Positions 1 to 9,958 of a stretch of 64,000 bases of DNA are shown piece by piece; position 1 is the first letter of the stretch; every line of letters begins with the position of its first letter. Location of the stretch: positions 96,001-160,000 of the IMG/VR virus record IMGVR_UViG_3300035684_000001; one strand, given 5' to 3'. The notes under the pieces were generated by a model that had not been told where the DNA came from, searched no databases, and worked only from the letters and a program-made list of their open reading frames with translations. A program made the position numbers and the translations under genes. The stretch comes from a virus.

Positions 1-1025
1 TTCCCTAATAGTCCTTTGTGAAAAACTTGATAATCGACTAGACTGTTTCCTAAGCAATATGTACAAATTCCTAATTTATCAAGCTTGTATAGGACTATAG
101 GTGCTGTTTCGATGATTCGATCGAGATAGTAAGCCTGAAGGTAGTCTGATTCTTTGTTGGCGATCGCGCTACAAATTATAAATCCAGCTTTTCTTAAAAA
201 TGTACTTTCTACCTCATTCCATGCAACACAGGGTGACTCTATTTCGATAAATCCCCAGTGAATGCTATTGATAAAAATTGGTATTACAACTAATTCTGGT
301 GTTATCACATCTTGATAACTAAGAGTTCTTGTTGTTGATAAACGATCTTCTTTTAATGTAAACAAACATTCGTCGCCAAATAAAATAGAACAATTATTTG
401 CTTGAAACAACTGTTGCAAAGACTGAATAGAAGCTTTTACTAATACTTGAAACGTTTTCCAATCGCTTGGGGTATTTAACAATGATTTGATTTTGCTTAT
501 TGTTTTTGTGTGACCGCGATCTATAAATACCAATTTTATGTCCGATCTGGCTATTGCGTACTCCAAATATTGACACGTTTGTATTATAAGCAATAAATCG
601 CTTTCAACCCATTCACGACTATTTTCGTTCCAGCAAATAAGTGCGCCCCACTCCAAATTGTTGATCTCTATGCAGCCACTGAGAACAGACTCAATTCCAA
701 GACTAGAAAGCTCCTCGTGGTAAGGAGATCTATCTTTAGTCATGTCAACGCTTTCGTAAATTTGCTGCGACAAACTTCTTAAATGCCGACCAACAAATTC
801 TTTATGTATTATTTCATTCCACCTGTCTTTTGAAGCGTCTGCAAGAATCCTTGGTCCTCGATCGGTCAAGATTAAGTTAAATTCACAAATCAAAACGCCA
901 TCACAGCCAATTATTTCTTTGACTTTGGCTGCAAGGGCAATCGCTGCATTGCATATCTCGTCACCTGACAAATTTCGTCCTTGAGGTAGTGCTGGAAGTC
1001 CTAAGAAGTTCTTACTCGTGAGCAT
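1..1025 (-). CDS. GAF-GAF-PAS sensor protein, 5' part (runs off the left edge)
   Basis: My manual translation from the ATG at 1025 is open to the window edge (MLTSKNFLG...). It shows two GAF-like segments (LGIESVLSGCIEINNLEWGALICWNENSREWVESDL; LVVIPIFINSIHWGFIEIESPCVAWNEVE), then a PAS-like start (DRIIETAPIVLYKLDKLG). It is absent from the ORF track because the stop lies outside the window. Confidence 0.75.
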   Translation of the reverse strand, partial: MLTSKNFLGLPALPQGRNLSGDEICNAAIALAAKVKEIIGCDGVLICEFNLILTDRGPRILADASKDRWNEIIHKEFVGRHLRSLSQQIYESVDMTKDRSPYHEELSSLGIESVLSGCIEINNLEWGALICWNENSREWVESDLLLIIQTCQYLEYAIARSDIKLVFIDRGHTKTISKIKSLLNTPSDWKTFQVLVKASIQSLQQLFQANNCSILFGDECLFTLKEDRLSTTRTLSYQDVITPELVVIPIFINSIHWGFIEIESPCVAWNEVESTFLRKAGFIICSAIANKESDYLQAYYLDRIIETAPIVLYKLDKLGICTYCLGNSLVDYQVFHKGLLG

Positions 1026-1042
1026 AATTTTTTTCAAAACAT

Positions 1043-1073
1043 AAACCCCTTCTGGGATACCCAGAAAGGGTTT
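1043..1073. terminator. Hairpin in the 5' leader of the GAF gene
   Basis: AAACCCCTTCTGGG-ATA-CCCAGAAAGGGTTT, one mismatch. Confidence 0.5.
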
Positions 1074-1092
1074 ATTGTAAAGGTTTTGGCTC

Positions 1093-1121
1093 ATTATACT
1101 CTTTTTTGGGGTTGGTGGCAA
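1093..1121 (-). promoter_or_regulatory. sigma70-type promoter for the GAF gene
   Basis: Minus-strand TTGCCA (1121-1116), 17-nt spacer, TATAAT (1098-1093). The -35 lies in one arm of an inverted repeat at 1110-1128/1140-1158. Confidence 0.6.
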
Positions 1122-1360
1122 TGTTGGGCGACCGGGCTACCCAATATTGCCACCAACTCTTAAGGGCGATCGGTTTACAAACAAGAGCTCCCTTAAGTAT
1201 TGACAGCATTTTTTAGTTTGACCCATAAATTTTTTTCGATAAATGTATCTACTTTACTTTTTTGATCAGTATATTTTATTAAAGTTTTATTGGTATTGAT
1301 TTTTGATTTAAAATAATTTATATTAAAAAAGTAAACCGCAAAACAATAAAAAATAATTCA

Positions 1361-1684
1361 ATGAAAGTACAAATTAAAACAGGTAGTGAATGGCACACTA
1401 CAGAGCGTCGCGGATCAATGGTAAAGATAAACGGCAAACCTATTTATGAAGTGCTAAAACCGATTAATAAGCCCGAATGGGAACTTGTCGGAAACAAAGG
1501 CACTCACGGTAAATGGTGCGTTGCAGAATACGAACTACCAAAAGGCGCAAAAATTGAATTTAAAGCTACAGCTAACAATCGCGAAGATATAGTTAGCTCT
1601 TTTGTTGTCGGAGAAATACCGTCAATCGATGTAGACGGCTATACTTACAACAATAGCATTTGCGGTTGGATTGTTTCAATTTAA
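1361..1684 (+). CDS. Hypothetical protein
   Basis: 107-aa ORF behind an AT-rich leader. Confidence 0.65.
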   Translation: MKVQIKTGSEWHTTERRGSMVKINGKPIYEVLKPINKPEWELVGNKGTHGKWCVAEYELPKGAKIEFKATANNREDIVSSFVVGEIPSIDVDGYTYNNSICGWIVSI

Positions 1685-1781
1685 CATCTAAAACAATAAA
1701 CTCGACCGCCTCGCCCGGTCGCCTGCCACCAAATCAAAACACACGCCCTGCCTGGGATTCCCTGAGCAGGGTTTTTTATTT

Positions 1782-3296
1782 ATGGAAGAAACGAAAACTA
1801 AACCGATCGCCCCTGCAACGCCCGCGACTAAGCCGATCGCCCCCGCCGCGCAGCAACCGACGCAGCAATCCTACCCGACACCGGAGGATGTAAAAAAAGT
1901 TTTGCCTCAGTTCGACCTTGACTCGATCCGGAAAAACTTGCCTTACATTCTAAGGGCGATGAACGAAGCTGGGTTGAAATCAAAGAATCAACTTGTTGGC
2001 ATCATTGCCACAATGGGAACGGAAACCCTTAATTTTACGCCAGCATCGGAAATAGGGCCGGGAAGCTCCAGCGTTGAAGGTGGATCAAATTTCAGGGGCC
2101 GTGGATATATACAATTGACCCACACCTACAATTACGAGATGTTTGGGAAGTTGTTAAACTTGCCTCTGCTGCAAAATCCAGAATTAGCCGGACAGCCAGA
2201 AATTGCAGCAAAGATAGCAGTAACTTATTGGCAAGGAAAGCACAATGCCGCTCAAAACTGTCAAGTATCTGCTGAGGCACAAGATTGGCACGAGGTAAGG
2301 CGAAAAATCCAAGGAAATCCCAACGGTCACGACAACGATTTCGGGAGAACCTTCAAGCCCGCGATTGATCGCGCAATGGCAATTTTTAAATCCGGGATCG
2401 ATGGGATGCCAGCCCTCCCGGGCAACACCGGCGCAACCGATTTTGATACCGGAGGAGCACCCGCAGTTACGATGGTCGGTCAGCACAACCCAACCAGTCA
2501 ATTAGGGGCGATGGAAGCGGCGCTGGGATTGATGGCCCTGGACTCCCACAAAACCCATATTGCTCAATTCTATTTAGACCTTCACGGTCAGCCCGATATT
2601 TTAAAGTTAGATGCCGGATTGACATTTGAAGCGCGGGGGCTGGGAGAAGGACTGGACGATACTTATACTGTGGAAGAAGTTCTGTTCCTTTTTGGCGATC
2701 GCCTCGAAGCAGAAGTAACTGCTTTCAAGCCCGATCCTAATGCAAAAATTCAAATGTTCCGGGGTGATGCTTCCAAACCGGATGCCCCGCAGAAACATCA
2801 AGCCGCTCCAGAAAGCGCGATCGCTCAGACTGTCACGGTAAGCGGAATGCCAGTTTCAAAGCAGGGGTGGCGATCTCCTATGGATATTAAGGGAAATTCA
2901 GTTATAGACGTGGGTGAATATGGAAGTGCTAGGGGACGGCATCATGCAGGAATTGATTACGGTGGACATGGTTCCGGTTCAGATCCAGATGCAGTTTTTG
3001 CAGCTAAATCGGGAAAAGTTACAATAGTCAAAACCGACATGAGTGGTGGAGCCGGGCGGATGGTTCGGATCGATCACGGAGATAATACAGAATCTGTATA
3101 CATGCACTTAGCGATGCCAATTTTGGTAAAAGAAGGTCAATCTGTCCAATCTGGTCAAAAAATTGCTACAAGAGGTGGATCTGGATTTGGTTCTGAAAGC
3201 GGATATGCAATTCACTTACATTTTGGAGTTTATATTAACGGTCAAGATGTAAATCCTCGCGACGTTCTTCCTCATCCTCAAGTAGCAAGAGCTTAA
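1782..3296 (+). CDS. Virion-associated hydrolase: GH19 lysozyme/chitinase-like domain, baseplate-hub-like segment, M23 peptidase
   Basis: GH19 motif FRGRGYIQLTHTYNY; late-control-D/gp44-like G.P...L.AG....GLG...DTYTVEEV; M23 motifs HHAGIDY, YMHL, HLHFGV. Confidence 0.8.
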   Translation: MEETKTKPIAPATPATKPIAPAAQQPTQQSYPTPEDVKKVLPQFDLDSIRKNLPYILRAMNEAGLKSKNQLVGIIATMGTETLNFTPASEIGPGSSSVEGGSNFRGRGYIQLTHTYNYEMFGKLLNLPLLQNPELAGQPEIAAKIAVTYWQGKHNAAQNCQVSAEAQDWHEVRRKIQGNPNGHDNDFGRTFKPAIDRAMAIFKSGIDGMPALPGNTGATDFDTGGAPAVTMVGQHNPTSQLGAMEAALGLMALDSHKTHIAQFYLDLHGQPDILKLDAGLTFEARGLGEGLDDTYTVEEVLFLFGDRLEAEVTAFKPDPNAKIQMFRGDASKPDAPQKHQAAPESAIAQTVTVSGMPVSKQGWRSPMDIKGNSVIDVGEYGSARGRHHAGIDYGGHGSGSDPDAVFAAKSGKVTIVKTDMSGGAGRMVRIDHGDNTESVYMHLAMPILVKEGQSVQSGQKIATRGGSGFGSESGYAIHLHFGVYINGQDVNPRDVLPHPQVARA

Positions 3297-3308
3297 TTTG
3301 AAATAAAA

Positions 3309-3728
3309 ATGGAACCTTACTTTTACCAACGACTAATAAAACAAGATGGCAAAATCATCCCTAATCCTCATAAACTACGTCCCCCAACCGAATTCAGGGT
3401 TATCGGCTGGAGTGCTGTAGCGGAGTATCGAATCGTATTTTTCCAAGAAGGTTATCTAAAAGGCGAATACCTGTACCGAGGTCGGGAGCCGATCGCCATC
3501 TCTGACGGAAACCTGGCAATTTACACTCGCGACAGCAACTCCGAAGCACCCCAAGGTGCAGTGAATATGGGAAACACTCAGTCAGTAAACAAGGTAGATT
3601 GGCGAGTAGGTATGCACGGAGTTCCCTCTGCTATCGCCGATGCCCTTCGCAATCCGATGAATCAAACCTGGGATATCCGACCTGAACAGGCAGGGTTCAA
3701 AGATTGGGAGCCTCCTGACGAAGGTTAA
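3309..3728 (+). CDS. Hypothetical protein in tail operon
   Basis: 139-aa ORF co-oriented with tail genes. Confidence 0.65.
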   Translation: MEPYFYQRLIKQDGKIIPNPHKLRPPTEFRVIGWSAVAEYRIVFFQEGYLKGEYLYRGREPIAISDGNLAIYTRDSNSEAPQGAVNMGNTQSVNKVDWRVGMHGVPSAIADALRNPMNQTWDIRPEQAGFKDWEPPDEG

Positions 3729-3855
3729 AAAAAGAGTTGCGAGTTTTGGGAGATCGGTGTATGCTTGTTGTAGAAATACCGATATCGCACGGGCGATCGG
3801 GTTGAAAATATTGTAAAACAATATTTTCAATGTCCTAAAAAATAAATAATTTGCT

Positions 3856-4974
3856 ATGTCAGCCGTCCAAACCTTTTGGGCGGTTGTTGTCGTTTCTAGG
3901 AGTAAAAAGATGGCATTGGAACTCGAAGTTAGAAATTTAGTTGCAGCCACAACTCAATTAAGCAATACTGTCAGTGAAGAACTAAATAAAGTCAGAACGG
4001 AAAATGCAAATTTTAAAGCAGATCTTGCAACTAGCTTTAATACGCAAAGGCTTACTGCAAGTCGGGTAAGTCTTGTTAGTAATTCCTATAGTCCAATAGA
4101 AGTTCAAAATACAGGCAAGATAGGAAATACTATTTGCAGGAACTACGCTTTTTTCAATATGAAAAAAGGAGAGGCTAACGGAGGAAACTGGGATGGTTTT
4201 GCGCTGTATTCTTACAGATTCACTGATGCTAACACATTAGCTCCATCTGGTGTTGCAGTTCCTTTTGTTATTTTCGACAATAATAGTGTTTCAATAGGAG
4301 GTTCTCAGCCTTCTGCAATGGCAAGCGATACTTTTGCCATTGGATATCAAGCTCTAACAGCTTCATTGCAATATACAAGTGCCGTTGGAATAGGAGCGTC
4401 AGCTAATGTTACAGGCAACAACCAAATCCAATTGGGCAACGCTGGAATGGCAGTCTATTCCCAAAACGCTATACAGCTCAGATCTGATAGAAGAGACAAA
4501 ACAGATATTCGTCCAACCGTTTTAGGTCTTGAATTTATTAAAGCTTTAAAACCAGTCGATTTCCGCTGGGACACGAGGGATGCCTATAGAGTTCCTGCAC
4601 CTACAGCTCCTACTCCAATCTCAGAAGAAGCTTCTGAAAGCGAAAAGCAAAAATACGAATCTGCGATGGTAGCTTATAACGCTGCAATAACAGAATGGCA
4701 AGAAAAAAATAAAACAGACGTTTTAAAACCTGATGGCAGTAAAAAAAGAAATAGAATTCACCACGGTTTAATAGCTCAAGATGTTGAAGAATTAATCCGT
4801 TCGACTAATCAAGATTTTGGGGGTTTTCAAGATCATAAATATTCTGGTGGTGCCGATGTTTTGAGTATTGGCTACACCGAATTAATCGCACCTTTAATTA
4901 AAGCGGTTCAGGAGTTAGCTCAAGCCAACCAGGAATTGCGGGGAAGAATTGAAACATTAGAAGCAAGGAAGTGA
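3856..4974 (+). CDS. Tail fibre/spike with C-terminal intramolecular chaperone (Peptidase S74-like); true start probably 3910
   Basis: SDRRDKTDI...LGLEFIKALKPVDFRWD, HGLIAQDVEE, and a terminal coiled coil. Confidence 0.85.
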   Translation: MSAVQTFWAVVVVSRSKKMALELEVRNLVAATTQLSNTVSEELNKVRTENANFKADLATSFNTQRLTASRVSLVSNSYSPIEVQNTGKIGNTICRNYAFFNMKKGEANGGNWDGFALYSYRFTDANTLAPSGVAVPFVIFDNNSVSIGGSQPSAMASDTFAIGYQALTASLQYTSAVGIGASANVTGNNQIQLGNAGMAVYSQNAIQLRSDRRDKTDIRPTVLGLEFIKALKPVDFRWDTRDAYRVPAPTAPTPISEEASESEKQKYESAMVAYNAAITEWQEKNKTDVLKPDGSKKRNRIHHGLIAQDVEELIRSTNQDFGGFQDHKYSGGADVLSIGYTELIAPLIKAVQELAQANQELRGRIETLEARK

Positions 4975-4981
4975 TTAATAA

Positions 4982-5860
4982 ATGCCACCAAAAATTTTGT
5001 TCAAGAGGGGAACTACAGACAAAGCTAGTGCATATGCTGGTCAACAAGGCGAAGTTATTCTCGATATCGGGCTAAAAACTTTAAGAGTTCAGGATGGAGT
5101 TACCGTAGGCGGCAATATCCTGGCTGACCGTAACTTTGTTACGGAGGCTGTTGGAAGTGCAGTTCAAGGACTGATCACTAAAACTGCTTGTCGAGTCGCA
5201 ACAACGGGGAACCTCACAGCATCCTACACCAATAAAACCCTGACAAACACGGGCAATCTAACAGCCCTGACAATCGACACGATCGCGCTAACAACAAATG
5301 ATCGCGTCCTAGTAAAAAATCAAACCAATTCAAGTCAAAACGGAATTTTTCGGGTAGTAAATCCGGGTTCCGCTTCAGTACCTTGGACTTTAGTTCGCGA
5401 TGTTGATGCAGATATTAGCTCTGAGATGCCGTCGGGAACTTACACTTTTGTTACCGAAGGAGCGGTAAACGCTAGTATTGGCTTTTCGCTGGCGACCAAA
5501 AACCCGATTACCCTCGATACCACTCCACTGGAATTTACTCAGTTCAGTGGTGCAGGTCAAATAGATGCAGGCGAAGGACTAACAAAAAGTGGGAACAGGC
5601 TTAACGTCGCTACAGCTTCCGCATCAAGGATTGCTGTTGGCGAAAATACAATCGACTTAGCAACTACGGGGGTTACTGCTGGAGAGTACCGTATATTGAC
5701 AGTTGATGCTTACGGCAGAACTACTGGGGCTAGAAACCCTAGCACTTTAGCTGACTTCGGACCAGTACCAACAGCGCCCACAGGTGCCGCCACCAATGAA
5801 CCGGCTAGTTGTGCGTTTGTTCAGCAGGAGTTGTCCATTATTGATGGTGGAGTGATGTGA
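4982..5860 (+). CDS. Fibre protein with Mtd_N-like N-terminus and RVATT...DRVLVKNQ...NGI domain
   Basis: KILFKRGTT...GEVILD...LRVQDGVTVGG; CRVATTGNL; DRVLVKNQTNSSQNGIF. Confidence 0.75.
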   Translation: MPPKILFKRGTTDKASAYAGQQGEVILDIGLKTLRVQDGVTVGGNILADRNFVTEAVGSAVQGLITKTACRVATTGNLTASYTNKTLTNTGNLTALTIDTIALTTNDRVLVKNQTNSSQNGIFRVVNPGSASVPWTLVRDVDADISSEMPSGTYTFVTEGAVNASIGFSLATKNPITLDTTPLEFTQFSGAGQIDAGEGLTKSGNRLNVATASASRIAVGENTIDLATTGVTAGEYRILTVDAYGRTTGARNPSTLADFGPVPTAPTGAATNEPASCAFVQQELSIIDGGVM

Positions 5861-5887
5861 CGCTAGTTCCATCGACTGATACAACCG

Positions 5888-6163
5888 ATGGAACTAGCAG
5901 TTTTGTTGCCAATCTTCATTGATCGTACCCAACGACCTCCTCTGAATTTTATGCCAATTACTTTTGTCGCCGACCTTGATATGGACGGAAATTCAATTGA
6001 CAACGTACAACAATCTAGTTCCCTTAACTCAGTTGCTACAGTAGGAAAACTTGAAACAAGTTTGTCTGTAAAAGCAAATGCTATCCATGTTCACGATTCA
6101 GCAGATATTCAAAATATTGAGAATCTATTTCAAGATATTACTTTAGATGGAGGAACTCTTTAA
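5888..6163 (+). CDS. Small virion/fibre-associated protein
   Basis: DLDMDGNSIDNV motif and a C-terminal LDGG shared with neighbours. Confidence 0.55.
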   Translation: MELAVLLPIFIDRTQRPPLNFMPITFVADLDMDGNSIDNVQQSSSLNSVATVGKLETSLSVKANAIHVHDSADIQNIENLFQDITLDGGTL

Positions 6164-6229
6164 TAATGCCAATAATAAAAATGGTCGCGGTAAAAAACCA
6201 GAAGATGACAGATTTAATAGCGGGGTGAT

Positions 6230-6427
6230 ATGCTGCTAGTTCCATCAATTGTGTCGATCGACCTTACAAGAAATTCTGTTCCCAATGTTCAACCGATCTC
6301 GCCCAATTCTCAAGTTCATACCGAATTAGTGCAAAAACTATTGACTCAAGTAGTGTCTCAACAGGGTTCTCAGATTGTAAATCTTTTGGACTTGAGCGAT
6401 ATCACAATTGATGGAGGAGAACTTTAA
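6230..6427 (+). CDS. Small virion/fibre-associated protein
   Basis: C-terminal DITIDGGEL matches DITLDGGTL of the upstream ORF. Confidence 0.5.
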   Translation: MLLVPSIVSIDLTRNSVPNVQPISPNSQVHTELVQKLLTQVVSQQGSQIVNLLDLSDITIDGGEL

Positions 6428-6428
6428 T

Positions 6429-7391
6429 ATGAGTACGGGTATCGTCCAACACTTCCGAGGAGACACTGATAAAAATAAGGTGTTTAAAGGTTTACCGGGA
6501 CAGATTACGGTAGATACTCAATACGGGACAGCTATAGTTCATGATGGGAATCAAGTTGGGGGATTTCGCTTAGCTAGAGAACTTGTGACTGAAGCGGTAA
6601 TTGCTAATACAGCGGCGATCGTCGATCTTCAAAAACGATTGACGCAAACAGAGGTTAATATTGATGTTGCCCTATCTGGGCTTGATATCAAGGCTTCTGT
6701 TAGGGTTGCCACCACCGGAAATCTCACCGCATCCTTTGCAAACAACGTACTTACTAACACAGGTACATTATCACCGATCGCCGTTGACACAATTTCCCTA
6801 GCTTTGGGTGATCGGGTCTTAGTCTGGAACCAGACTGCTGCGCTGCAAAACGGTTTGTATACCGTCACTAACGTCGGATCTGCTACGGTTGCTTGGACTT
6901 TAACTAGAGCTACTGATGCCAACACCTCGGCTCTAGTGCTAAAAGGGATGTATTGCTTTGTCTCTGAAGGGAGCGCAAACAGGAACAAAGGATTTGCGCT
7001 AATTACTTCTGGGACGATCACCCTCAACAGCACACCCCTAACTTTTACTCAAGTTTCGGCAGCGGGGCAACTAATTGGCGGTAACGGATTAATTAACTCC
7101 GGTCAAGCCTTAGATGTTGTAACTGCCTCTAGTTCTCGGATCGTTGTTGCACCAGACGCGATCGACTTGGCAACTACTGGAGTGACTCCAGCGACATACG
7201 GAAGAGTTGTGGTTGACTCCTACGGGCGCGTAATCTCTGGGAGCAACCCGTCGGCTATGGGCTGGGCTTCGCCCACGGGAAACCCCAACCGTCAGACTTT
7301 TGTGACATCTACCGTAACAACAGTTGGGCTAGCTGAAAGGCTGAAAGCATTGATTGACGATTTGACGGCGATCGGGGTACTCAAACCGTAG
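6429..7391 (+). CDS. Fibre protein, paralogue of 4982..5860
   Basis: QHFRGDT...GQITVDT...VHDGNQVGG; KASVRVATTGNL; DRVLVWNQ...QNGLY. The start MSTG at 6429 is preferred over 6408. Confidence 0.75.
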   Translation: MSTGIVQHFRGDTDKNKVFKGLPGQITVDTQYGTAIVHDGNQVGGFRLARELVTEAVIANTAAIVDLQKRLTQTEVNIDVALSGLDIKASVRVATTGNLTASFANNVLTNTGTLSPIAVDTISLALGDRVLVWNQTAALQNGLYTVTNVGSATVAWTLTRATDANTSALVLKGMYCFVSEGSANRNKGFALITSGTITLNSTPLTFTQVSAAGQLIGGNGLINSGQALDVVTASSSRIVVAPDAIDLATTGVTPATYGRVVVDSYGRVISGSNPSAMGWASPTGNPNRQTFVTSTVTTVGLAERLKALIDDLTAIGVLKP

Positions 7392-7505
7392 CAAAAATTA
7401 AGCAATGTTAAGTAGATTTTTTAAGAGCATTCTGATACACTAAAAAAAAGCGGGCGCTTTTAGAGAAGCGACCCCGCTGAAAAAAAAGAACACTAAGGAA
7501 TCATT

Positions 7506-9956
7506 ATGAAGGATATCGAACTCGATTGTCAAGTAGTTTCTGACTTAGCTCCAGTTCAAGACTGGACGATCAACGCAGAAGAATTGCTCAAAACTTTGGC
7601 TGTTGATACCACTCAGCTATTGGAATCAGTCAAAAACCATTTCTTAAAAATAGGACAAGCTTATCGAAAAATACTGAACTTGGCAGAAGAATCTCAAGAA
7701 GAAAAGCAAGTTCAGCGGTTTTTCAAGCATAATTTTAGTCCAGAACTTCGGAAAGACATAAGAAAAGGTCTAAGATTTTGGGACTACACTCAACAACTTG
7801 ATGACGTAGAAGAGGATATTCGCTTCGTTCTTTCTAACACAGGATTTGACGCTGGAAATGCACTTATAGGGAAACTTCCTGATACGCTGTCGAAGGTTAA
7901 ATTTCCAGGAGTTTTAGAAGATCCGATCGCCAAAAAAATCGATGTTGCGGCAAATATTGTAACCGAACTGGTTGAGGCTACGCTGAAGGAGAAAGAAGGT
8001 ATAGATAAAGGTGTCAAACCTTCTGACGTAGGGAGGTTAATCAAGCTTCATTCCGTTCCCGACTGCGATCGCGTTGAATTCAAAGAAAACCACGCCACAT
8101 ACCGAGCCGAAGTTGTTGATTACTGTCCGGATACCGATTCGATCAAGGTAAGGGTTGACGGCTCGGGAGAAGAAAAAGAAATTCCTCGGGGTACGATCGC
8201 CCTCAAAGAACAAAAAGCTCCGAAGTTACACGAACCTTGTTTGATACAGGGAGATGAAGTGGAACACTACAACAGGTGCGGCATACTTAAAGCCCTTCTT
8301 GCGGACGATAAAGCTTTAGTATTGTTACTAGACGGTCACCTCGTTGAAGTCCCGAAAAAGCAAATCATCAAAGGCAAAAAAGGTAGCCCAATCCCTGAAC
8401 TCTTGCACCTGTTAGACGAATCCGGTAATACAGAAAAGGTTTCTCTAGCTGTGGAAAAGGCTAAGGCGGAAACAAAGGAAGCTCTTCAGAAACAAATTGA
8501 CGAACTGACAAAAGAAGTAGGCAAGGCTTACAAAGATGGTAAAGAATTCGTCGCAGCACAAATGCAGCCCAAAATTCCATTTGAGGTGTTCCTCGGAATT
8601 CCGGTAGAAGAAAAAATAGAAATCTTTAAGGCTCAGCCAGACGAAACCCAACATTTAATTTTGAGCAATTACGTCAGCTCGCTACCTCTCAAAAAAAACG
8701 ATCGCCCCGTTGTTGAAATTGAAACTTCGGTTAAAACAGAGCCTGTTGAAATACCAGTCGCAAAGTGCGTTAATCGCCCGGTCGTCCGCGCTGAAGCAGT
8801 CGTCGAAACTAACACAACAATCACAGAAATATTGCCAGACGCAAAACCTGTCGATCTCGACATGACTCGGTTCGCCCCAAAAGATTTGACGGAAACACTA
8901 CCTGTGGAGTTGACGCTAAGCTTGGAAGAAGCTGAGGTTGAGTACCAGAAGGCGGTAGATACCCTTGAACGTAAGAAAAAAGAATTAGGCGTAGATCCAA
9001 CCTTAGTTGCAATAAATCCCGCAGTAAAAAAACAGTGTGAGAGTGAAATAAAAGCGGTAGATAACGCCAAGACAAAGTTGTTTAGATTGAGACTCGATTT
9101 AAAGGCACTATCTCAAACCACGCTCCAAGAGCCAGAACCCCAAAGAGTTGAGACAAGCTTCTCGGAAGAAGAGGTAATTAAAGCAGGCGAATTGTTATTA
9201 AAGGGATATCGCGCGATCGAAGATGGAGCTAAAGTTCAATCTGTATTAAAGGAAGTGTCCATTGAATTTCCTCAAATTGCAGATTATTTGGCATCATTTT
9301 CTGGCAAAGAATGGTTGTGTCTGTACTATTTCAAAAACGCAGCCGATGCTCAGGTGATTGTCCGAACGGTTGTTTCCAATCAAAAGGAAGCAGATGCGAT
9401 TATAGATCGGGCGATAGACTGCTCGCAAGAATTGGACAACATAGCTGGATATTACCGGGAAGGAAATTTTTCAGCCTTAGAAAGATTTGACACTAGGCTG
9501 AAAGTGATAGCAGAACTCCTTCTCACAAAAGAAGATATTGCTGCCATTGAAGCCGGGATATCCAAGTCTAAAGTTCAGGTTGCAAGCGAAGAGGCAAAAA
9601 TTACTACTAGGACTAAAGACGATCCTGCAAGTAGCAGCTACTCAATAGAGACAATCAGAGAGTGGCTTTGTTCTTATCAAGTCCAAAACGGAATAGCGTA
9701 TTTAGAGGCAAACGGAATTCCATTGACCGACGTACTTAGCGCGAACGAGTTACAAGCTATGTACGATGGGGGAGGGCAAAAACGAGTTAACGCCATCGTA
9801 TTGGTTGATCGTTTTAAGTGCACAAATTTAATCAACTTTGAGTCGATTGCCAACTCCAAATCGAAAAGCCAAAAACCCTCTTCGTCGAAACCAAGACAGT
9901 TGCCTCCAAAAATTGGACCAATAGAAACATCAGAAGAAATTCCGGGAGGTTTCTAA
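7506..9956 (+). CDS. Large hypothetical protein (816 aa, partly coiled-coil)
   Basis: Long ORF with AAGGA upstream; no family recognised. Confidence 0.75.
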   Translation: MKDIELDCQVVSDLAPVQDWTINAEELLKTLAVDTTQLLESVKNHFLKIGQAYRKILNLAEESQEEKQVQRFFKHNFSPELRKDIRKGLRFWDYTQQLDDVEEDIRFVLSNTGFDAGNALIGKLPDTLSKVKFPGVLEDPIAKKIDVAANIVTELVEATLKEKEGIDKGVKPSDVGRLIKLHSVPDCDRVEFKENHATYRAEVVDYCPDTDSIKVRVDGSGEEKEIPRGTIALKEQKAPKLHEPCLIQGDEVEHYNRCGILKALLADDKALVLLLDGHLVEVPKKQIIKGKKGSPIPELLHLLDESGNTEKVSLAVEKAKAETKEALQKQIDELTKEVGKAYKDGKEFVAAQMQPKIPFEVFLGIPVEEKIEIFKAQPDETQHLILSNYVSSLPLKKNDRPVVEIETSVKTEPVEIPVAKCVNRPVVRAEAVVETNTTITEILPDAKPVDLDMTRFAPKDLTETLPVELTLSLEEAEVEYQKAVDTLERKKKELGVDPTLVAINPAVKKQCESEIKAVDNAKTKLFRLRLDLKALSQTTLQEPEPQRVETSFSEEEVIKAGELLLKGYRAIEDGAKVQSVLKEVSIEFPQIADYLASFSGKEWLCLYYFKNAADAQVIVRTVVSNQKEADAIIDRAIDCSQELDNIAGYYREGNFSALERFDTRLKVIAELLLTKEDIAAIEAGISKSKVQVASEEAKITTRTKDDPASSSYSIETIREWLCSYQVQNGIAYLEANGIPLTDVLSANELQAMYDGGGQKRVNAIVLVDRFKCTNLINFESIANSKSKSQKPSSSKPRQLPPKIGPIETSEEIPGGF

Positions 9957-9958
9957 AA

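Noticed and set aside
394-576. 60-aa ORF from the track
   Set aside because: It is an out-of-frame shadow inside the longer GAF-GAF-PAS reading frame.
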